The notes under the pieces are model-generated. The model was not told the origin of the DNA. It saw nothing but the letters and a program-made list of their open reading frames with translations, and did not search any database. Positions 26,182 to 32,000 of a DNA stretch of 32,000 nucleotides are shown in pieces (the first letter of the stretch is position 1; each line of letters opens with the position of its first letter). Source of the stretch: Saccharolobus solfataricus (GTDB lineage: Archaea > Thermoproteota > Thermoprotei_A > Sulfolobales > Sulfolobaceae). The stretch spans positions 1,740,001 to 1,772,000 of the forward strand of contig NZ_LT549890.1 of the NCBI RefSeq assembly GCF_900079115.1, written 5' to 3'. The position numbers were made by a program, and so were the translations under genes.

Positions 26182-28179
26182 GTGACATTTGACGACTTAA
26201 ATAAGTTAATCAGAGAGAAACTTAGCGTAGAAACGTACCCTTATCAAAAGTACATCAGCGAAGAAATAGAGAAAAATCTGGACAGAAAGAGATTCATTAT
26301 TATTTCAATGCCCACTGGTAGCGGGAAGACATTAATCGAACTATCCGTTGCCTATCATTTGACTAATAAGGTTAGCAACATAATTGTATTAGAACCCACT
26401 AGGCTTCTCTGCGACCAGATGTACCATAGATTCTGGAGGGAGGTCTTTGATGATGATGTTGGTGTAGAGTATGAGGGAGATTGTGAGTCCTTTGAGAAAG
26501 GCAAGAAAATAGTAGTGTCAACCCCATTTACAACAGCCAAATGTCTAGATAGAGCAGATGCAATAATAGTCGATGAAGTACATCATGCCTTTGGAGACGC
26601 GAGATATGAGGAAGTATTAGTAAATTTAGAGCCTAAATTCTTAATAGGCTTTACTGCCTTACTACCTTCTTATAAAAAGTATCTTATAGATCCCCGATTA
26701 ATTAAGTTATTAGGTCAACCTGAGTATTTAGCGTATGATTTCAAGAGCCTCACTAAAATAGATCCATCTTTTAAGCTTCCTAAGGCAATAGCTGATATTT
26801 TCGATTCAGAGTTTAATAACTTAGAGGATTCTGTCTACGAGGCCTTCTTCAAGGGACTAATAAAAGGAAATAAGGAAACGGTCAAGTTCTTAGAACTCAC
26901 GTTCTACACTTATGGCAAAGAGGCTTTCTGCGAAAGTTATAGAAGATTGATTGGGAAAGTAGAGGAGAGTCCTTACATTGATTCCATTTGCGATTCAAAG
27001 GATTTAAGCCACAAAGCTAGAGCATTAAAGAGCGTCTTAAACATTTATAGGGTTGATGAATTTAAACCAGTACTAATATTTACCTCCAGGAAGTCAACAG
27101 CATATGAATTCGAAAGGGCTATTTCTGATCTGGGGAAGGTGAAAGTAATAACTGGAGACTCACCTAGATATGAGAGGCTGAAAGTTGTACAAAATCTCAG
27201 AAAAGGGGAAATTGACGTTCTAATATCAACGATTGTGGGAGAGGAGGGTATTGATATACCCGAAGCTAAATTATTAATAATGACAGACGTTCCTCAAAGC
27301 CCATTGAGGTTCTATCAACGATTGGGAAGGTTAATAAGAGGAAAGGAGAAAGAGGAAGGAGAATCAGCTATAAAATATTTGGTTGTGACGTTGACCCCAA
27401 AGACTTCAGAATACGATAATCTAGATGAGGCGTTAAGGAATCTTTACTTAGAGGGAGTTGATGTGAGCTACCTTATTGAAAAGAGGGAAGATAAGGGGCC
27501 AGTTGCTAGAGTAATAGATATTATTAACAAAAGTGGAGGGAGAGTCCTAATTAATCAGATAGATGATACGAAAAAGAGAACTCTCTCGTTACTCTCACTC
27601 CTCGAATCAAATGAAAGTAGGTCTCACATAGACGAATACGTTGACAGAACACTGAGGGATGGTAAAGCGTTATATTATTACGATGAAGAGATGATGGGAA
27701 AGATAATTAGCCAAGTCCTATTGGGGAGTTATTGTAACATAGGTTTTGGAGAGACTTACATGAGGTTATGTAATAGTGAATATAAGAAAATTGGAGAGAT
27801 TTTATGGAAGAAAAAAGGGAGTATAAAATTGGATAAGAAAAGTTCTCTTAGGCTTTTCATGAAGTTATTTCTCTCCAGTAATTTGGATGAGGTAATTAAC
27901 GAGTTAAGTAGAAGGAAAAGTGAGTACGAGAAGGAGTTGGAGGGAAAAGATTATAGTGTTAAAGTCACTATGGGCAAAATTTGGAACGGCCTTATGGCTC
28001 AAATCCTCATCTCAGCTAGTGTTGATTCAGTTACTGTGAATCCTAAAGTTCAAATAAATTACTATGACCTCAAAGATGAAAAGCTAGCTAAATTAAATTC
28101 TCTTGTGATAGCCTATAATAGCTTGGTTAATTTTTATAAACTAACTTCTACTAGTAATGGTAAGGTAAACTCCAAATAG
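26182..28179 (+). CDS. SF2 DEVH-box helicase (Hef/Mph1/RIG-I-like core) with an uncharacterised C-terminal region of about 225 aa
   Basis: 665 aa. Motif I is MPTGSGKT, motif II DEVHH, motif III FTAL, and motif VI YQRLGRLIRG. There is an insertion between the two RecA lobes. GTG start. Confidence 0.8.
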   Translation: MTFDDLNKLIREKLSVETYPYQKYISEEIEKNLDRKRFIIISMPTGSGKTLIELSVAYHLTNKVSNIIVLEPTRLLCDQMYHRFWREVFDDDVGVEYEGDCESFEKGKKIVVSTPFTTAKCLDRADAIIVDEVHHAFGDARYEEVLVNLEPKFLIGFTALLPSYKKYLIDPRLIKLLGQPEYLAYDFKSLTKIDPSFKLPKAIADIFDSEFNNLEDSVYEAFFKGLIKGNKETVKFLELTFYTYGKEAFCESYRRLIGKVEESPYIDSICDSKDLSHKARALKSVLNIYRVDEFKPVLIFTSRKSTAYEFERAISDLGKVKVITGDSPRYERLKVVQNLRKGEIDVLISTIVGEEGIDIPEAKLLIMTDVPQSPLRFYQRLGRLIRGKEKEEGESAIKYLVVTLTPKTSEYDNLDEALRNLYLEGVDVSYLIEKREDKGPVARVIDIINKSGGRVLINQIDDTKKRTLSLLSLLESNESRSHIDEYVDRTLRDGKALYYYDEEMMGKIISQVLLGSYCNIGFGETYMRLCNSEYKKIGEILWKKKGSIKLDKKSSLRLFMKLFLSSNLDEVINELSRRKSEYEKELEGKDYSVKVTMGKIWNGLMAQILISASVDSVTVNPKVQINYYDLKDEKLAKLNSLVIAYNSLVNFYKLTSTSNGKVNSK

Positions 28180-28965
28180 TGTTATTAACGATCCAATTAT
28201 TTGAGGTAGCGTAGGAGCTACACCCAATACTGCGAAACTAGTAATATAAGCCATCACTGGCACTAATAAAGATCCAGTACTGGCATAAACAGTTCCCAAT
28301 TCCCTAACTCCATTAAACCAGAAGTAGAACCCAAGTATTTGTGCTAGGATTGCCAATAGTAAAAGTAAGGATAGTGTAACTAAACTAAATCTGAAATAAT
28401 AGTCAATCGGAGTAAAGGCTAGAACTATGGGAAGTGAGGTTAAGGTCATGAATGCGTTAAGTTTTACAATATCTTCCTTAGCTAAATTTCTGGAATAATA
28501 AATGGTACCTCCAGCCCACAGTATCCCAGCCAGCAATCCGAAAACTAACCCAATGTTAAAAGATAAAGTTGCTGAAGATATCACTCCCACTACTCCTAAA
28601 AGTACGCCGACAATCCCTTTAGGTGTGATCTTATGTCCCAGTAATCTCTCAATTATTAGAACGAATATCGGCTGTGTATAAATCATTACTGCTACCAAAC
28701 CCGGATCTGGAGATAATCCAATTCCTAGATTTATGAGGATTAGGAAGAACGCGAAATTCATTAAACCGTTTATGAATTGCTTTTTACCTACTGATAGTCC
28801 TCTACCTAATATTAAAAAGAAAATTGCTGCTATCCCAATTCTAAATGCACTAATAATCATGGGAGATGCCGAGTATGCAATTATTTTAGTTAAGGGGAAG
28901 GCAAATCCCCAGAACAATGATAATGGAACTATCCATCTAAGGAACGAGATTGTGGTTCTCTGCAT
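28141..28965 (-). CDS. EamA/DMT-family transporter
   Basis: 274 aa with about 10 TM segments in two similar halves. Convergent with the helicase gene, with a 39-nt 3-prime overlap. Confidence 0.75.
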   Translation of the reverse strand: MQRTTISFLRWIVPLSLFWGFAFPLTKIIAYSASPMIISAFRIGIAAIFFLILGRGLSVGKKQFINGLMNFAFFLILINLGIGLSPDPGLVAVMIYTQPIFVLIIERLLGHKITPKGIVGVLLGVVGVISSATLSFNIGLVFGLLAGILWAGGTIYYSRNLAKEDIVKLNAFMTLTSLPIVLAFTPIDYYFRFSLVTLSLLLLLAILAQILGFYFWFNGVRELGTVYASTGSLLVPVMAYITSFAVLGVAPTLPQIIGSLITLFGVYLTITSRS

Positions 28966-29381
28966 GTGGTAAAACAGAAAAGATTTAAAGATTAAAAAAC
29001 TGAAGTCTCAATTTGCTTTTTGAAATTAATGATTTTTCATAAAGAGTTAATAGATGCCATTTTAAAACTAAATTGCAGACCTTTGGGGTTAAAAGAAAGA
29101 GAGGTAATAATCCCAATTTGGTGGAAAAATCTAATAGATTAGTAAAGCAGTCGATTTCATTTATAATAACATGTGATAGATAGATTGTTGCAGTGATAAT
29201 GAGGGCGGAACTGCTCCACCTTTTCAGCAGAATAAGAAATGAATAAAGAATCGATGCTTTGCTATTTTATAGGATAGGCTAATTTATATGGTATATACTA
29301 CTTTTAAAAAAGAAATGTATAACATTTATTGCTAGCTAACTTTATAAACTTATAATGAGATATAGTTTATGATGATAAATT

Positions 29382-29903
29382 ATGGCGCAAGTCACGATAG
29401 AACAAACCCAGAAGTTTCTTCCCATGCTTAGAGTAACGTTAGGATTAATGTTCTTCTCAGCCTTCATTAGAAGAGCTATCAACGTACCGGCAAAACTTGA
29501 CCCAAACAGTAGTGCCTACGTAGGAGGAAAATTAATAACGTTTTTGCCACATGCTTGGTCTCCAATAAAGGGAATGCTAGAAAGCATTCTGTTAAACCCT
29601 AGCTTACTCTACGACTTTATAATACTATTTACCGCAATAGAAGCGATTTTCGGACTTTTCATGATAATAGGATTTTTGACTAGATTATCCGGGCTCGTAC
29701 TAGCCGGAATGGCTTGGGGAATTGGTTTAGCTGCTGGTTGGTTAGGTTCAACTTGTGTTGATGAATGGCAAATAGCCTCAGTAGAAGGTGCTGCAGCATT
29801 CATGTTCGTCTTCACTGGAAGTAGATGGCTTTCAATTGACTATATCTTAGCTAAAAAGTCGAAGGGAATCAAGATTGGTAAATACTACATACCCTTGTGG
29901 TGA
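29382..29903 (+). CDS. doxD: DoxD/DoxX-family membrane protein, likely the thiosulfate:quinone oxidoreductase subunit
   Basis: 173 aa with 4 TM helices and DoxX-like [10 protein letters not shown] and GFLTRLSG patterns. A DoxA-like gene follows 6 nt downstream. Confidence 0.6.
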   Translation: MAQVTIEQTQKFLPMLRVTLGLMFFSAFIRRAINVPAKLDPNSSAYVGGKLITFLPHAWSPIKGMLESILLNPSLLYDFIILFTAIEAIFGLFMIIGFLTRLSGLVLAGMAWGIGLAAGWLGSTCVDEWQIASVEGAAAFMFVFTGSRWLSIDYILAKKSKGIKIGKYYIPLW

Positions 29904-29909
29904 TAAAGG

Positions 29910-30431
29910 ATGAACGGCAAGATTATAACACTAGTTGCAATTATTATGATAATATTTACTACCGGAGTTACATTAGGACTATATCAGATAAACTTTCAAG
30001 GACTAGGAAATTTGACCAACTACTCTAAAACTCCAGCCTATTCTCTAGTAGGTACTAGATTATACGAAAATGGTACATTGTTCCTACAAGTTGCTAGGAC
30101 TGCCGGTCCAGATACTTATGGTGGTTTCGTAGTATTAGTCCAACTTCTATATTCCAACGGTACGGTATTGTACCAATGGACTGGCCAACAACTAGGTATG
30201 TTATCAAGCAATAATATAAAGAACGAATTCCCTTTACATCCATCTAAGCCGATCAAAATAGAAAATTATGGTGTTGGAATAGAAGTACCATTGGGGCAAA
30301 ATTCTACAATAATCTTACAATTGCCTCACCCAATACCATCAGGGACTTATATTATAAAAGTTTGGGATGCTGATGGACAGTCAACGGCGTATGGGAATAA
30401 GTTCCAGATTACTGTAAAGGTAGATTCATAG
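29910..30431 (+). CDS. doxA: DoxA-like TQO subunit (N-terminal TM anchor plus glycosylated beta-rich domain)
   Basis: 173 aa. The call rests on position after doxD, a single N-terminal TM, and several N-x-S/T sequons. I verified no sequence motif. Confidence 0.5.
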   Translation: MNGKIITLVAIIMIIFTTGVTLGLYQINFQGLGNLTNYSKTPAYSLVGTRLYENGTLFLQVARTAGPDTYGGFVVLVQLLYSNGTVLYQWTGQQLGMLSSNNIKNEFPLHPSKPIKIENYGVGIEVPLGQNSTIILQLPHPIPSGTYIIKVWDADGQSTAYGNKFQITVKVDS

Positions 30432-30498
30432 CAAATTACTTTTTCTCTCTTTCCCCTCTTTTCCATTAATTTTAAATAGTTAGGTCCCATTATTTACT

Positions 30499-30674
30499 AT
30501 AGTAAGAGTAGGAGATGCATTATTTAAGCTAATGAATGAGATAGAAATTAGACAAATATTTGGAAATCCCGGTACCACGCAGCTCAACTTTCTAAAATAT
30601 ATGCCAAAGAATTTAAACTATTATCTGGCACTACAAGATGGAATTTCAATAGGAATGGCTGAGGGCTATTACTT
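30499..30674 (+). pseudogene. N-terminal fragment of a thiamine-diphosphate enzyme (benzoylformate decarboxylase/acetolactate synthase family)
   Basis: The translation GDALFKLMNEIEIRQIFGNPGTTQLNFLKYMPKNLNYYLALQDGISIGMAEGYYLG matches the TPP-enzyme N-terminal domain signature FGNPG...LALQE...A.GY. There is no canonical start codon. The frame ends at the IS junction and does not resume after 31336. Confidence 0.75.
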
Positions 30675-31336
30675 GGGGTTTGGATTTCATAGGATTTCAT
30701 GATATTTAATATCAATCCTCAGCCCTTAAGCTTCACCAGAGTCACGGACGTTCATCCCTCTCCTCCCCATTAGCGGATGAGATTAGGTCTTCAACTAGTT
30801 CTTCTGATGTCTTGTCCTCCTTGTTTAGCGCAACTATTTCGTAGTTATGTACTTTAGAAACCTCCTTAAGTATTTCAAGACCAAATCTAACTAGTCTGTC
30901 TGGGTGTGCTATTATTACTCGTGATACTTCGTTGTTTAATATCATTTTCAGAAGCTTTAGGAATCCCTTATCTTTTCATATTCAACGCGGAACCTACGTC
31001 TATAATTACTAGGTCGTATTCTTTCACTTGTTCCTCTAAATACTTTACTTGGTTCACTAGCTCATCTTTCTGTGTGCTCGATGGTACTCTAGCGTAGAGT
31101 ACTATTTTTCTCCTTCTCACTATTCCCATTAATTTTTCAACGTCTTCTTCTCTGAATCTCCACTTTCCATTCTGTAATATGACCGGTTTTATGTATCCTT
31201 TGTTCACATACTCCCTAAGTGTTGCATAGGATATGGCTAGTCTTAAGCATACTTCCTTTGGCCTTTAGAATTGTATAAAAATTTTTGACGAAATGATATA
31301 AACCTTATGATTTATCTGAAATTGTTGACCACGCCC
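30675..31336 (-). mobile_element. Internally deleted ISC1904-like element: both ends plus a dead tnpA, no tnpB
   Basis: 30675-30777 is the reverse complement of 4899-5001, with about 91 percent identity. 30778-31336 corresponds to 3110-3668. About 1.23 kb, essentially all of tnpB, is missing. Confidence 0.75.
30742..31271 (-). pseudogene. Degenerate IS607-type tnpA
   Basis: The start codon ATG is changed to ATT. There is a 1-nt indel near the 5-prime end and a second frame break between ORFs 30968-31207 and 30742-30945. The catalytic motif RVSSS is changed to RVPSS. Confidence 0.8.
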
Positions 31337-31516
31337 ATCAAAGTCCAAATACCAAGGAATGTGACTAGATAAAGGTAGAGTGCCTCTTCAGCTAATATTG
31401 ATGCTATATCGTAAAAACCATGTTCAAAATCAAGTTTAGATGCTTGTAAGTGTTCTATTACCTACTTTGCTGAGATTTCTCATTATTTTTATTTTCTTCC
31501 CTTCCTATTTATAACT

Positions 31517-31774
31517 GTGAGCGGAAATAGAGTCAGATTGTTTAAAAGGAGAGCATTACGCTTTTTAGATGAAGCTAAAAGAGATCTTAATGAAGGATAT
31601 TACGATATAGGCTCATTTCATGTAGAGCAAGCATTACAACTATACATTAAGGCCGTAATTTTCGAACTTTTCGGAAAAGAATATGAAGGGCATGGAATAA
31701 GGGAACTTCTTGGCTACCTCTCAAAGCTACTTAAGGAAAATGAATATGAGGAGTTAGCAAAAAAGGTAAACGAG
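31517..31774 (+). pseudogene. HEPN domain gene truncated by the ISC1225-like insertion
   Basis: FLDEAKRDLNEGYYDIGSFHVEQALQLYIKA...EGHGIRELL is HEPN-like. The last codons (ERVSGM stop) are read from the IS terminus starting at 31775. Confidence 0.65.
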
Positions 31775-32000
31775 AGAGTGTCCGGAATGTAATTATCTGA
31801 ACGAATAGATAAACAGAATGATAAATATTAATATTGCCAGAAGGGTAGGACCTGGATCACCGAGAAAAACTTTATAATGGAAAAATATCAAGACGAGAGG
31901 ATTTACCTATCGCGCATAGCGTTGCTTGATCGCGAGGAGGCGCGTCTCAGAGCTGAACGGCTCTACGTCCTGGAGGAGTCCTCCGTTGGATCGCGAGGAA
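31775..32000 (-). mobile_element. ISC1225-like IS, copy 3 (partial, runs off the window)
   Basis: The first 226 bp are nearly identical to 11045-11270, including the terminal IR agagtgtccggaatgtaa. Confidence 0.85.

Noticed and set aside
29225-29245. Possible third copy of the 5122/14162 motif. The reverse complement contains caaagcatcg.
   Set aside because: Only a 10-nt match with no flanking similarity, which is compatible with chance in 64 kb of two-strand sequence.
1-32000. CRISPR arrays, rRNA genes and integrase/att junctions.
   Set aside because: There are no regularly spaced direct repeats of 24-37 nt, no rRNA-like conserved blocks, and no tyrosine-integrase ORF. The only tandem repeat is the coding 147-bp repeat at 14507-14841.

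Overview
The window looks like an AT-rich crenarchaeal chromosome of the Sulfolobus/Saccharolobus solfataricus type. This call rests on my recollection of gene families (doxDA, thermopsin-like, HEPN/MNT) and of the ISC-series IS elements. About one third of it is mobile DNA. There are two ISC1217-like copies, both broken, plus a decayed fragment. There are three near-identical ISC1225-like copies, one running off the window end. There is one apparently intact IS607-type tnpA/tnpB element (ISC1904-like) and a roughly 660-bp deletion derivative of it. There is also an IS5-family element with a possible A6 frameshift site, a 184-bp MITE-like insertion, and a three-level nested IS pile at 9.4-12.9 kb. 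IS names are tentative, based on measured lengths and recalled nomenclature only. Between the IS elements lie several host or accessory genes. These are a HEPN-MNT pair and a SAMHD1/dGTPase-like HD phosphohydrolase island. There is a coiled-coil plus PD-(D/E)XK protein carrying a perfect 147-bp tandem repeat. A sulfur and disulfide redox cluster holds rhodanese with a TusA-like protein, a NapH-like polyferredoxin, an IS-disrupted Thr-rich secreted protein, and a DUF929 thioredoxin-like protein with VKOR. The remaining genes are an Lrp/AsnC regulator with three DUF1059 domains, a thermopsin-like protein, a DEVH SF2 helicase with an uncharacterised C-terminal domain, an EamA transporter and doxDA. 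I found no CRISPR array, rRNA or convincing tRNA. No single clearly novel multi-gene system stands out. The best second-look candidates are the IS-flanked HD island, the repeat-bearing coiled-coil nuclease cassette, the tnpB-less ISC1904 derivative that keeps its right end, and the interrupted extracytoplasmic redox cluster. All function calls come from motifs read in the supplied translations; no database search was possible.
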